Source: Caulobacteraceae bacterium (GTDB lineage: Bacteria > Pseudomonadota > Alphaproteobacteria > Caulobacterales > Caulobacteraceae). From it: a stretch of DNA of 38,423 bases. Every line of letters begins with the position of its first letter. Positions within the stretch are counted from its first letter, which is position 1. Of the stretch, positions 27,485 through 38,423 are shown piece after piece. The notes under the pieces are model-generated. The model had not been told where the DNA came from and did no database searches. It saw nothing but the letters and a program-made list of their open reading frames with translations. A program made the position numbers and the translations under genes. The DNA is taken from assembly GCA_947501315.1 (NCBI GenBank), contig CANMXH010000001.1, positions 1 to 38,423 of the forward strand, in the 5' to 3' direction.

Positions 27485-27883
27485 TTGATCCGCCTGATCC
27501 TCAACATTCTCTGGTTCATCTTCGGAGGCTGGCTGTCCGGCCTGCTCTGGCTGCTTGGCGGTGCCATCCTTGCCCTGACCATCGTCGGCCTGCCCTGGAC
27601 CTTCGCCGCCTGGCGGATCGCCAGCTATTCCTTCTGGCCCTTCGGCCGCGAGGTCATCTGGCGTGACGAGCTGGGTGAGCAGGACGCCGGCACGGGCCCG
27701 CTGGGCCTGGTCCTCAACATCATCTGGTTCATTTTCGCCGGCTGGTACATCGCCCTGTCGCACCTGCTGATCGCCGTGGCGGAGTTCATCACCATCATCG
27801 GCATCCCCTTCGCCCTGAAGGATCTGGAGCTGGCCAAGCTGGCCCTCGCTCCGATCGGTCGGACGGTCCGCGACAAGCCCTGA
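27485..27883 (+). CDS. YccF-family inner membrane protein
   Basis: Duplicated LNILWFIFGGW / LNIIWFIFAGW and TIVGLP / TIIGIPFA. TTG start. Confidence 0.9.
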   Translation: MIRLILNILWFIFGGWLSGLLWLLGGAILALTIVGLPWTFAAWRIASYSFWPFGREVIWRDELGEQDAGTGPLGLVLNIIWFIFAGWYIALSHLLIAVAEFITIIGIPFALKDLELAKLALAPIGRTVRDKP

Positions 27884-27886
27884 ATC

Positions 27887-27923
27887 AAAAACGCCGGCCT
27901 CCACAGGAAGGCCGGCGTTTGTT
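27887..27923. terminator. Bidirectional intrinsic terminator between the YccF gene and fumC
   Basis: AAAAACGCCGGCCT-loop-AGGCCGGCGTTTGTT. Confidence 0.85.
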
Positions 27924-27939
27924 GCCGGTGTCGGGTTGA

Positions 27940-29343
27940 TCACCCCGGCGAGATCATCTTCTCGGGCCGCACCGCCTCGTCGAACTCGGCGTCGGTCAGA
28001 TAACCGCCGCCGACGGCTTCCTCGCGCAGCGTCGTCCCGTTCTTGTGCGCGGTCTTGGCGATCTTCGCGCAGGCGTCATAGCCCAGCTTGCCGTTCAGCG
28101 CCGTGACCAGCATCAGCGAGTTGTCCAGTCCGCGCTTGATATTGTCCTCGCGCGGCTCGATCCCGACGACGCAGTTGTCCGTGAACGACACCGCCGCATC
28201 GGCCATCAGCCGCACCGACTGCAGGAAGTTGTAGGCCATCACCGGGTTGAAGACGTTCAGCTCGAAATGCCCCTGCGAGCCGGCGAAGGTCACGGCTGCG
28301 TGGTTGCCGAACACCTGGACGCACACCTGGGTCAGGGCTTCCGACTGGGTCGGATTGACCTTGCCCGGCATGATCGACGAGCCCGGCTCGTTCTCCGGCA
28401 GAGCCAGTTCGCCGAGGCCGGAACGGGGCCCCGAGCCGAGGAAGCGGATGTCGTTGGCGATCTTGAACAGGCTGGCCGCGACCGTGTTGATGGCCCCGTG
28501 GCTGAACACCATGGCGTCATGGGCAGCCAGGGCCTCGAACTTGTTCGGTGCCGTGGTGAAGGCCAGGCCGGTGATGGCGGAGATGCGGTCGGCCACCTGC
28601 TCCGCGAACCCGATCGGGGCGTTCAGCCCTGTGCCGACGGCCGTGCCGCCCTGGGCCAGTTCCATCAGCTTCGGCAGGGTCAGTTCGATCCGCTCGATGC
28701 CGTTGGCGATCTGCTGCGCATAGCCGCCGAACTCCTGGCCGAGGGTCAGGGGCGTGGCGTCCTGGGTATGGGTCCGGCCGATCTTGATGATGTGGGCCCA
28801 GGCCTTGGCCTTGGCATCCAGCGCCGCGTGCAAATGCCTCAGCGCCGGGATCAGGTCATTGACCACCTGTTCGGCGCAGGCGACGTGCATGGCCGTCGGA
28901 AAGGTGTCGTTCGACGACTGGCTCATATTGACGTGGTCGTTCGGGTGGACCGGCTTCTTGGAGCCCATCTCACCGCCCAGCATCTCGATGGCCCGGTTCG
29001 AGATCACCTCGTTGGCGTTCATGTTCGACTGGGTGCCCGAGCCGGTCTGCCAGACCACCAGCGGGAAATGGTCGTTCAGCCGGCCCTCGATCACCTCATT
29101 GGCCGCGGCGACGATGGTGTTCCCGATCGCCGGATCCAGCTTGCCCAGCGCCATATTGGTCTCGGCCGCCGCGCGCTTGACGATCCCCAGGGCCCGCACG
29201 ATCGGCAGGGGTTGTTTCTCCCAGCCGATCCTGAAATTGCCCAGCGACCGCTGCGCCTGGGCACCCCAGTAACGGTCCGAGTCGACCTCGATGGGGCCGA
29301 AGGTGTCGGTTTCGGTGCGATGGGTCGGGCGGGAGTTGGTCAT
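27940..29343 (-). CDS. fumC: Fumarate hydratase class II
   Basis: [50 protein letters not shown]. Confidence 0.97.
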   Translation of the reverse strand: MTNSRPTHRTETDTFGPIEVDSDRYWGAQAQRSLGNFRIGWEKQPLPIVRALGIVKRAAAETNMALGKLDPAIGNTIVAAANEVIEGRLNDHFPLVVWQTGSGTQSNMNANEVISNRAIEMLGGEMGSKKPVHPNDHVNMSQSSNDTFPTAMHVACAEQVVNDLIPALRHLHAALDAKAKAWAHIIKIGRTHTQDATPLTLGQEFGGYAQQIANGIERIELTLPKLMELAQGGTAVGTGLNAPIGFAEQVADRISAITGLAFTTAPNKFEALAAHDAMVFSHGAINTVAASLFKIANDIRFLGSGPRSGLGELALPENEPGSSIMPGKVNPTQSEALTQVCVQVFGNHAAVTFAGSQGHFELNVFNPVMAYNFLQSVRLMADAAVSFTDNCVVGIEPREDNIKRGLDNSLMLVTALNGKLGYDACAKIAKTAHKNGTTLREEAVGGGYLTDAEFDEAVRPEKMISPG

Positions 29344-29481
29344 CGAGGGCATCTCTTGGGCATGGTCCGGTTCGGGCGCGCGGTGTAGCACGGGGCGGTG
29401 ACCGAACAAGCGGCTGAGCCAGAGGGGCACGGGCATGGAGACGATCTGCGTTGTGGAGGAACGAATGGACGCGATCCTATC

Positions 29482-29853
29482 ATGAGCGCGGGCCGGGACG
29501 CCTCAATTTGGATCGGCACCGGAAAGGTCCGCGCCCGCGAGACCGGCGACACGGTTGAACTGACCATCGATGGCCTGACCACCCAGGCCAAATACTACAA
29601 GCCACTGGTCTATGAGTTCATGCGCAAGGAGTGGACCTCGCGCCCTTCCTACGGCGACTACACCGTCGAGATCCTGATGGAGCATGTCGGCGATCCGCCG
29701 TGGATGGACCTCGACAATCTGGCCAAGGCCCTGCTGGACGCGATCAAGGGCTATCTGTTCCACGACGACGCCCAGGTTGCCCGTCTTCTGGTCGAACGCC
29801 GAGAGGGCGAGCGCGAGCGGATCACCATCCGGGTGTTCCCGCGCAAGACCTGA
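29482..29853 (+). CDS. RusA-like Holliday junction resolvase family protein
   Basis: [22 protein letters not shown] matches the RusA DxDN..K...D...DD motif. Confidence 0.75.
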   Translation: MSAGRDASIWIGTGKVRARETGDTVELTIDGLTTQAKYYKPLVYEFMRKEWTSRPSYGDYTVEILMEHVGDPPWMDLDNLAKALLDAIKGYLFHDDAQVARLLVERREGERERITIRVFPRKT

Positions 29854-29876
29854 CCCATCTCCCGACCGGAGACGGG
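29854..29876. terminator. Hairpin between convergent genes
   Basis: CCCATCTCC-cgacc-GGAGACGGG. No clear U-tract. Confidence 0.4.
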
Positions 29877-29880
29877 CCAA

Positions 29881-30639
29881 TCACGGCGACCGGCTGAACC
29901 GCAACATCGGCAGACGCAGCTGCATATCGGCGCCGACAAACATCTGTGGATCCGACGGCGGTGTGGCTCCCAGTGCGGCTTCCTTGCGCGCCACACAGGC
30001 CCGCGTCCCCGCGGCCAGGGCCAGGAAGTCGCTCGCCGTGGGCAGGGTCTCGATGATGCAGCCGTCAAACCAGGGATAGGTCTCGTCAGCCCCACAGCCG
30101 AACGAGGTCCGCTCGCGGCTGGCGGCGGTCAGAACCATCCGGTTGGGTGCCGCCAGGGCATTGACGAAGATGCCAGAATAGCAGGCCGAGACGATGACCA
30201 CCGTCGGCCGGGTCCCGCAGGCCGAACGGACGATATTGGCCATCATGTCCGGCGTCATCCGCGGGGCTACGCCGAACACCATTGCGTTGGGCGCGCCATG
30301 TGAGGTGAAATACAGCAGGCAGCCTGCGGTTCCCCGCGTCGCCGCCGCTGTGATCCCGTCAACCACGGCCGAGGCCGAGGTGGGCTCCGGGACATCGGGC
30401 CTGAGGCTGTAGTCAACCATATTGGCACGCGGGAAGCCGGCGGCGAGGAAGCCCTTCACCAGATCCCTGCGGGCATTGTCAAAGGCCTGGATCGGCCGGT
30501 CGGCTCCGTCGCGCCAGTCTGCTGCGACGATGGCCGAAGTCCAGTTGGCAAAGCGGCTGGGTGGTGCCCCGGTCTGGGCACGGGCCGACCCCGCGATCCC
30601 CAATACGAACATCAGGACAATGATAAGACCTCGACCCAT
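29881..30639 (-). CDS. Exported peptidase C13 (clan CD) family protein
   Basis: Signal peptide, LYFTSHG, VSACYSG, TAASRERTSFGC. Confidence 0.85.
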   Translation of the reverse strand: MGRGLIIVLMFVLGIAGSARAQTGAPPSRFANWTSAIVAADWRDGADRPIQAFDNARRDLVKGFLAAGFPRANMVDYSLRPDVPEPTSASAVVDGITAAATRGTAGCLLYFTSHGAPNAMVFGVAPRMTPDMMANIVRSACGTRPTVVIVSACYSGIFVNALAAPNRMVLTAASRERTSFGCGADETYPWFDGCIIETLPTASDFLALAAGTRACVARKEAALGATPPSDPQMFVGADMQLRLPMLRFSRSP

Positions 30640-30700
30640 GTGCTTTCCCCAGCCTCAAGTCGAAACCGAGACTAGCGGAAGGTGCGCGGAGGAAAAGGCC

Positions 30701-31192
30701 CTACTTCTTCCGAAACTGATCCAGCGACACGACCTTCGGGCCGTTGTCATCGCCGTCGGGCGCCGATGCGCGGCCGGGCTCTGATTCAGCGACCTCGGCG
30801 GTGCTGTCTTCAACCGCGGCCGGCGGCTCAAATTGCAGCAGGAACTGCACCGACGGGTCATAGAAGCGTGTCACGGCGGTGTAGGGCATGGCCAGCACCT
30901 TGGGCATGCCGCCGAATTTCAGCATCACCGAAAATCTCGTCGGCTCGACCTTCAGGTCCCAGTACTGGTGCTGCAGTACGACCGTCATTTCTTCGGGGTA
31001 TTTGGCAAGGATGTCCGGGGGCACGCTGACGCCCGGCGCGCGGGTCATGAACGTCACATAGAAATGGTGCGCGCCCGGAATTCCCTCGGGCATGGCGGCC
31101 CGTTCCAGCGCCGAGCGGATGACGCCGCGCTTGGCGTCCTGCGCCAGCTGCTCATAATTCATCTCGTCGACGGGGGGCGTCTCTTCGGCCAT
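30701..31192 (-). CDS. sspB: ClpXP adaptor SspB (alphaproteobacterial type)
   Basis: GAHHFYVTF.T..PGV, YPEEMTVVLQHQYWDL, FYDPSVQF, C-terminal VVSLDQFRKK. Lies directly downstream of ssrA. Confidence 0.92.
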   Translation of the reverse strand: MAEETPPVDEMNYEQLAQDAKRGVIRSALERAAMPEGIPGAHHFYVTFMTRAPGVSVPPDILAKYPEEMTVVLQHQYWDLKVEPTRFSVMLKFGGMPKVLAMPYTAVTRFYDPSVQFLLQFEPPAAVEDSTAEVAESEPGRASAPDGDDNGPKVVSLDQFRKK

Positions 31193-31279
31193 GGGTCGCC
31201 TCAGCTGTTCGCGCGAACTGATAGCGGTGAGAGGGCGCGGGCGGAAGGTGCCAAGTTGGTGAAATCGACGATACTGACA

Positions 31280-31608
31280 GTGCCGGGGATTCTGTTGGCA
31301 GGCTCCCCGACAGGCCCCGCCTGGGGAACTGATCCCCCAGGACTTAAGTGTTCGAAATCACCCGAACCGCTTATGCGGCGAGAGCGACTTCTCCAGCGAA
31401 GTTATCGTTCGCAGTTAGAAAATGGCCCGATACGGTGGGCCAGGACGGGCGAAAGCAGTCTTCTTTACACGTCCGTCGATGCTAGTCGGCCCCATATGCC
31501 TCCGCCGATAACGCGGGGAGAAGATGGTGGAGCCGCCGGGAATCGCACCCGGGTCCGGTCCGCTTATTACAAGCGCGTTTATCGCCATATCCGGAGCAAG
31601 CCCCGGCA
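31280..31608 (-). ncRNA. ssrA: Circularly permuted two-piece tmRNA
   Basis: Acceptor piece ~31608-31525 ends GCGATTCCCGGCGGCTCCACCA. Spacer 31524-31494. Coding piece starts GGGGCCGAC at 31493. Tag frame 31412-31371 reads ANDNFAGEVALAA*. GCCGGGG/CCCCGGC ends are complementary. Outer ends approximate. Confidence 0.95.
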
Positions 31609-31613
31609 AGGGC

Positions 31614-31642
31614 AATATAGGGCTTCCGTTCCCGGCTTCCAA
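31614..31642 (-). promoter_or_regulatory. Sigma70-type promoter of ssrA
   Basis: TTGGAA (31642-31637) - 17 nt - TATATT (31619-31614), just upstream of the acceptor piece. Confidence 0.7.
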
Positions 31643-31667
31643 GGTCCGAAGTGCGGCCCCGCCGGGG

Positions 31668-32261
31668 TCAGTCCTCGTCTGCCTTGCGCAGCGCCAGGCG
31701 CGCCGCCGCAAGGGCCTCATGATAGGCCTCGCCGTCACCGAAATCGCCGAAACCGGCATAGCGGCCATGGGCCCCCATCAGGCGTCGCGTATGTTTGATG
31801 GGACACCAGTATTGTTCGGTCCGGGCCGACACCTCGCGGACATAGGCGATGACCCCGTTCACATAGGAACAATAGGCACAGTTCAGTTTTTCGAGGGCGT
31901 TCAGATAGGGCAGGCCTGTCCGGTCGAAAACCATGTAGCGGCCCCTTGGGACCTGCGGGATGCCGTAAACGCGGAAACAGATCGTCTGGTAAAGCGACAC
32001 CCAAAGGTCGACCAGGGCGAACGGCAACATCAGCGAATAGATCACCGGGGCGCTCAGAACGTACAGGACCGGCGCCCCGAAAATGTATTTCAACAGGTGG
32101 GTGCGGCGTTCCTCGAGCCGGCGCTGCGCCTCTTCCTCGAACCGGGCCCGACCATGCTCCAGCCCGAACCGGAAGCCCGACCGCTGGCGTGAGATTTCGG
32201 CCGCCAGATCATGCTCCAGCGCATGAATCTGGCTCATGAGGGCGTCGACCCGGTTCGTCAT
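31668..32261 (-). CDS. Hypothetical membrane protein with Cys/His cluster
   Basis: Hydrophobic segment, then YQTICF, KLNCAYCSYVNG, YWCPIKH. Confidence 0.8.
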   Translation of the reverse strand: MTNRVDALMSQIHALEHDLAAEISRQRSGFRFGLEHGRARFEEEAQRRLEERRTHLLKYIFGAPVLYVLSAPVIYSLMLPFALVDLWVSLYQTICFRVYGIPQVPRGRYMVFDRTGLPYLNALEKLNCAYCSYVNGVIAYVREVSARTEQYWCPIKHTRRLMGAHGRYAGFGDFGDGEAYHEALAAARLALRKADED

Positions 32262-32402
32262 GCGCGTTCCTGTCGTTCCACGCCCGCAACGGATATCGGC
32301 CCCGGCGACGTCACTTTGGCGGATGCGAGTCCAGCACCTGCACCTGCACCTGCATAGCATCCGTACCGGTCGGCGTCCCGGCGCATGGACGCGAACGCCG
32401 GG

Positions 32403-33272
32403 TCAGACCCGCGCCCATCCGGGTGTCTGGTTCCTGAACCATGTCAGCTGGCGCTTGGCGTAGTTGCGGGTCGCCTGGCGTGTGGCCTCGACCGCTGCCG
32501 CCAGGGTGCATGCGCCCGCGAGATGAGCTGCGAACTCGCGTACGCCGACGGCCTTCATGGCGGGCAGGGCAGGGTCAAGCCCCCGCGCGACCAGGGCCCG
32601 GACCTCGTCCAGTGCCCCGGCCTCGACCATCTGCGCCACCCGCAGGTCGCAGCGGGCGTACAGGGCCTGCCGGTCCGGCTCGATCACCTGACCCGTCCAT
32701 GAACCCGGAGGCAGCAAAGGCTTCGTGTCGGCGGTCCAGTCGCTTAGGGCCCGACCGGTATGGCTGGCCACGGCCCAGGCCCGGGTCAGCCGCTGGCGGT
32801 CACCGGCCTCGATCCTTGCCTCGGCTCCGGGGTCAAGCACCGCCAGCTCTGCACGGAACGCCGCCTCGCCCCCGGCGTCGAAGATCGTGGTCGCCGCGTC
32901 CCGTTCAGCGAGCGGCACATCCGGAATGTCCGCCAGCCCTGTGGTCAGGGCTGTGAAATACAGCCCCGTCCCGCCGACCAGCAGCGCGGGTCGTCGTTCG
33001 GCGGCCAGTTCAGCCAGTTGTGGCATGACGGCCCGACTCCATCGCCCGACCGACCAGGGGTCCATGGCATCGGCGACCCCGTAAAGCCGGTGCTCGGCCC
33101 CGGCCTCTTCCGCGACCGTGGGCCGGGCACTCAGCACCCGAAGGTCGGCATACAGCTGCTGGCTGTCGGCATTGATGATCACCGCCCCGGTCCGGGCGGC
33201 CATCTCCAGCGCGCGCCGTGACTTGCCCGAGGCGGTCGGGCCGGCCAGCAGGGTGATCAGGGGCTCGGACAA
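32403..33272 (-). CDS. miaA: tRNA dimethylallyltransferase
   Basis: [41 protein letters not shown]. Confidence 0.96.
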   Translation of the reverse strand: MSEPLITLLAGPTASGKSRRALEMAARTGAVIINADSQQLYADLRVLSARPTVAEEAGAEHRLYGVADAMDPWSVGRWSRAVMPQLAELAAERRPALLVGGTGLYFTALTTGLADIPDVPLAERDAATTIFDAGGEAAFRAELAVLDPGAEARIEAGDRQRLTRAWAVASHTGRALSDWTADTKPLLPPGSWTGQVIEPDRQALYARCDLRVAQMVEAGALDEVRALVARGLDPALPAMKAVGVREFAAHLAGACTLAAAVEATRQATRNYAKRQLTWFRNQTPGWARV

Positions 33273-33355
33273 GACGCGGACTCGGATTTTCGACCGGACA
33301 GGCAGGGTCGTTCGGCGATAGAACGCGCAACCCGACCCGGCAACCCGTCAGGATC

Positions 33356-34465
33356 ATGCCCTTGCCCGACCGCGCTTCCGTTCTCGCCGCCCTTGATACC
33401 GTGATCGACCCCAGGAGCGGGCAGGGCCTCGTTGCGGCCGGTCTGGTCCAGGGGCTGGTCGTGGGGCCTGCACCTGAGGGGCTCCGCGCCGGGTTTGTCC
33501 TCGAGGTCGCCGCCGGTCACACCGCCCTCTATGCGCCGGTGCGGGACGCCGCCGAGGCCGCGCTTTCGGCCCTGCCGGGCATGGGTCGGGTCTCCGTGGT
33601 CCTGACCGCCGAAACGGCACCCGCGGCCAGACCGGTGCGTCGCGCGTCCCTGTCGCCCCAGGCCGTCGACCAGGGCCGGCCGAAAGCTCCGGTCGCCACC
33701 GACCGGCCGGCCCACGTCCGCCGCGTCCTGGCCGTGGCCAGCGGCAAGGGCGGGGTCGGTAAATCGACCGTCGCGGTCAATCTCGCCGCCGCCTTCGCCG
33801 CACGTGGCCTCTCGGTCGGCCTGCTGGATGCGGATGTCTATGGCCCGTCCCTGCCCACAATGCTCGGCATGACAGGCAAGCCGGAATACCGCGACGGCAT
33901 GATGGAGCCGCACCTCATCCATGGCCTCAGGGCCATGTCTGTGGGCCTGCTGACCAAGGCCGATGACGCCATGATCTGGCGCGGTCCCATGGCCTCCCAG
34001 GCCCTGACCCAGATGCTGACCCAGACCCGCTGGGGTACGGAGGACGCGCCGCTAGACCTCCTCGTCGTCGATCTCCCGCCCGGCACCGGCGACGTCCAGC
34101 TGACCCTTGTGCAGAAGACACCGCTGGATGGTGTCGTCATCGTCTCGACCCCGCAGGAGGTGGCTCTCGCCGACGCCCGGCGCGCCCACACCCTGTTCCG
34201 GAAGGTCGACATCCCCACCCTCGGCCTGATCGAGAACATGACCGGCCCGGTCTTCGGTCGCGGCGGAGCGGAGGCCGAGGCCTTGAAGCTTGGCATCACC
34301 TTCCTCGGTGACCTGCCGCTCGACGCGGCCCTCCGCCAGGGTGCCGACGCCGGCGTTCCTGTCGTGGTCGGCGATCCGGACGGCGACATTGCCGGTCGTT
34401 TTGCGGGCTTTGCCGCAGGGCTCGCAAAAAAACTCGGTCTTCAGGGTTTTCAAACGCAACCCTGA
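33356..34465 (+). CDS. mrp: Mrp/ApbC/NBP35-family P-loop ATPase
   Basis: N-terminal DUF59-like domain, ASGKGGVGKST, DADVYGPS, WRGPM, DLPPGTGD, STPQ, ENM. Confidence 0.92.
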   Translation: MPLPDRASVLAALDTVIDPRSGQGLVAAGLVQGLVVGPAPEGLRAGFVLEVAAGHTALYAPVRDAAEAALSALPGMGRVSVVLTAETAPAARPVRRASLSPQAVDQGRPKAPVATDRPAHVRRVLAVASGKGGVGKSTVAVNLAAAFAARGLSVGLLDADVYGPSLPTMLGMTGKPEYRDGMMEPHLIHGLRAMSVGLLTKADDAMIWRGPMASQALTQMLTQTRWGTEDAPLDLLVVDLPPGTGDVQLTLVQKTPLDGVVIVSTPQEVALADARRAHTLFRKVDIPTLGLIENMTGPVFGRGGAEAEALKLGITFLGDLPLDAALRQGADAGVPVVVGDPDGDIAGRFAGFAAGLAKKLGLQGFQTQP

Positions 34466-34503
34466 CCGCCACCTTGCGTGCTCCAGTCATGCGAGAGCCG
34501 CCC

Positions 34504-35601
<1,098 letters not shown>

Positions 35602-35606
35602 GAACA

Positions 35607-35702
35607 GGTGGTTGGTGATTGGTGGTTGGTGGTTTAGCGCATCACCGGCGCGGGCCGTTCATCACCGGCAGGTGAGCCGGCAATCACCAGTCACCAATCA
35701 CC
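35607..35702. repeat. Inverted heptamer tandem-repeat element
   Basis: (GGTGRTT)x4 at 35607-35634 and (ARTCACC)x3 at 35682-35702. Confidence 0.8.
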
Positions 35703-36018
35703 CTTCTTCCACCACCACCGCCGTCCCATAGGCCAGCACCTCGGTGACGCCTTCCATGATCTCATTGGCCTCATAGCGCATGCCGATCACGGCGTTGGCG
35801 CCCATGGCCCGGGCGTGTTCGACCATTTCCTGAAGCGCCTCAGCGCGTGAGGTCTCGGCCAGTCTCACATAGGTCTCCACCCGCCCGCCCAGCATCGACT
35901 GCAGTCCGCCGACCATGTCGCTGATGGCGTTTCGCGACCGCACGGTGATGCCCCGCACCAGCCCCAGGGTCTTCACTACCCGATAGCCGGGCGCGTCATT
36001 GGTGGTCACGATCAGCAT
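35698..36018 (-). CDS. YbjQ/UPF0145 family protein
   Basis: LGLVRG, GG....Y, GANAVIGMRY, EVLAYGTAV. Start at 36018 or 36024. Confidence 0.9.
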   Translation of the reverse strand: MLIVTTNDAPGYRVVKTLGLVRGITVRSRNAISDMVGGLQSMLGGRVETYVRLAETSRAEALQEMVEHARAMGANAVIGMRYEANEIMEGVTEVLAYGTAVVVEEG

Positions 36019-36020
36019 GG

Positions 36021-36535
<515 letters not shown>

Positions 36536-36536
<1 letters not shown>

Positions 36537-36838
36537 CAGCGGGGCTCCAGCCAGTGCAGCCATTTCCGCTGCATGGCCTGTTCAAGATCGATCCCCGCCC
36601 GGTCGCAATAGATCAGCAGCATCCCCAGCACGTCCGCCGCCTCATCGCCCAGCTTGCCGGCGTCCGCCGCACCCCGCGCCCGCCCGCTCATACGCAGATG
36701 TTCGGCGGTCAGTTCACCCAGCTCTTCCTGCAGCTTGAGGATGGCCCAATCGCCGGAGCGGTCGATGCCGTGCTCGCGCGCATAGATGTCGGAGATACGC
36801 AGGACATCGGCCTGCAGGGCCTTGAGGTCGAGTGTCAT
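36536..36838 (-). CDS. MazG-like all-alpha NTP pyrophosphohydrolase
   Basis: KLQEELGEL...LGDEAADV...GIDLEQAM..KW. TGATG overlaps with both thyA and folA. Confidence 0.85.
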
Positions 36839-37695
36839 CAAACCGCGACCGGCGCCTTGATATGCGGCCAGGGCTCATAGCCCTCGAGCACGAAATCCTC
36901 GAGCGTATAGGCGAACAGGTTGTCCTTCGGCGTGATCGTCATGGTCGGGGCGGGCAGGGGCGCGCGGGCCAGCTGGGTCTCGGCCTGCTCGATGTGGTTC
37001 AGATACAGGTGGGCGTCGCCGAAGGTGTGGACGAACTCGCCCGGCTTCAGACCGCATACCTGGGCTACCATCAGGGTGAGCAGGGCATAGCTGGCGATGT
37101 TGAACGGTACGCCCAGAAACACATCCGCCGACCGCTGGTACAGCTGGCAGCTCAGCTTGCCGTCGGCGACGAAGAACTGGAACAGGCAGTGGCAGGGCGG
37201 CAGGGCCATGTCGTCGACATCGGCCGGGTTCCAGGCCGAGACGATGTGGCGGCGGCTGTTGGGATTGGTCTTGAGCCCCTCAACCAGCTTCGTGATCTGG
37301 TCGATCATCCGGCCGTCGGGTGCGGCCCAGGAGCGCCACTGCTTGCCATAGACCGGCCCCAGCTCGCCCTCGGCATCGGCCCATTCGTTCCAGATCGAAA
37401 CGCCGTTGTCCTTCAGCCAGCCGATATTGGTCTCGCCGCGCAGGAACCAAAGCAGTTCGACGATGATCGACCGCAGATGCAGCTTCTTGGTGGTCAGGAC
37501 GGGGAAGCCCTTGGTCAGGTCGAACCGCATCTGTCGCCCGAACACACCCAGGGTCCCGGTCCCAGTCCGGTCGTCGCGCCGGCTGCCGTTGTCGAGGATG
37601 TCGCGCAGCAGGTTCAGATACTGCCACTCCGGATGATCGGCCGCGACGGCACCGCTGCGGGCTTGGAGGTCAACGAGAGAGGCGACGGCGTTCAT
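36838..37695 (-). CDS. thyA: Thymidylate synthase
   Basis: [56 protein letters not shown]. Confidence 0.97.
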   Translation of the reverse strand: MNAVASLVDLQARSGAVAADHPEWQYLNLLRDILDNGSRRDDRTGTGTLGVFGRQMRFDLTKGFPVLTTKKLHLRSIIVELLWFLRGETNIGWLKDNGVSIWNEWADAEGELGPVYGKQWRSWAAPDGRMIDQITKLVEGLKTNPNSRRHIVSAWNPADVDDMALPPCHCLFQFFVADGKLSCQLYQRSADVFLGVPFNIASYALLTLMVAQVCGLKPGEFVHTFGDAHLYLNHIEQAETQLARAPLPAPTMTITPKDNLFAYTLEDFVLEGYEPWPHIKAPVAV

Positions 37696-37799
37696 CCCAC
37701 AAGAATGCCTCTGATTCGGAGGTCCGGGCAGCAAGGTGATTCGCTTGCCCACAGCCTATCCGCTTCCGTCCCCCGAAATGGGAGACAAGGAGCGCGGTC

Positions 37800-38351
37800 T
37801 CACCCCCTGAACCCGTCGGCCTCCAGAAACACCTGCTCCTCCGGCGTCGTCTCCCGCCCCAAAGCCCGGTTCCGATGCGGAAAGCGGCCGAAGCGGGCGA
37901 TGATGTCGTGGTGATGCTCGGCCCAGCGGTCGTCGGGTTTGCGCTTCATCCGGGTCTGGAACAGTTCGACCTGCCGGGCCTGATCGGCGAGGTCCTCCGA
38001 ATGCTGCAGCGGCAAATAGAAGAACCGCCGGATGTCGCCCGCAATCTGCAGGTCGTACCCGGCCGCCAGCGCCTGCTCTGCGAAAAGCCGCGCCAGCGGA
38101 TCCGTAGCGAAGGCATGGCCCGTGCCCCGGAAGGCGTTGCGCGGAAACTGGTCCAGCAGGATCAGCAGGCCCAGCGCGCCCTCCGCCGTCTCCGCCCAGG
38201 AATCCAGCGCCCGCCGGGCAGCGGCATGGTGTGCGACCTCGAACCGTTCCCGGAACAGGGTGTCGAAGGCGTCATCCCTGGCGAACCACTTCGAGGGTCC
38301 GGCCTCTTTCCAGAAGGCGATGACGTCGGAAGGCGTTATGTCTGTGTGCAT
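37800..38351 (-). CDS. DUF924 family protein
   Basis: ILLDQFPRN.FR, FFYLPLQHSEDL, IIARFGRFPHRN.ALGR.TT.EE. Confidence 0.92.
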   Translation of the reverse strand: MHTDITPSDVIAFWKEAGPSKWFARDDAFDTLFRERFEVAHHAAARRALDSWAETAEGALGLLILLDQFPRNAFRGTGHAFATDPLARLFAEQALAAGYDLQIAGDIRRFFYLPLQHSEDLADQARQVELFQTRMKRKPDDRWAEHHHDIIARFGRFPHRNRALGRETTPEEQVFLEADGFRG

Positions 38352-38423
38352 GAGTCAGAACCTAAGCGCCCCGCTCCCCGTCTTCCATGACCGCGACTGC
38401 GATCTTTCCATCATTCGCGGCAA

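Noticed and set aside
32334-32354. (GCACCT)x3 tandem repeat between miaA and the Cys-rich gene
   Set aside because: Short intergenic microsatellite with no supporting structure or second copy.
35607-35702. Heptamer arrays as a CRISPR array
   Set aside because: The units are contiguous 7-mers with no spacers, and there are no cas genes.

Overview
GC-rich alphaproteobacterial chromosome segment, very likely Caulobacteraceae (Brevundimonas-like), judged from a class I LysRS, a permuted two-piece tmRNA with an ANDNFA-type tag and an alpha-type SspB. It is mostly core genome: tgt-queA, queCED, lysS, tRNA-Val, parE, uvrD, fumC, ssrA-sspB, miaA, mrp and thyA-mazG-folA, plus an autotransporter, an SPFH/RHH operon, a GT4 glycosyltransferase, a Wzy-like polymerase and several hypotheticals. 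I see no transposase, integrase, prophage structural gene or CRISPR array. The best candidate for an undescribed system is a co-oriented module at 4.8-6.9 kb: two colinear paralogous helical small proteins, a small multi-pass membrane protein whose start codon lies in a terminator-like hairpin tail, and a LexA/CI-like S24 repressor. Other oddities are a CBS-domain hybrid kinase lacking its phospho-His, a cysteine-free Mrp/ApbC, a QueD lacking the catalytic Cys, two inverted heptamer-repeat elements between convergent genes, and a 54-aa ORF missed by the ORF track. Many starts were trimmed by eye from the ORF track and are approximate. All product calls come from motif recognition, not database searches.
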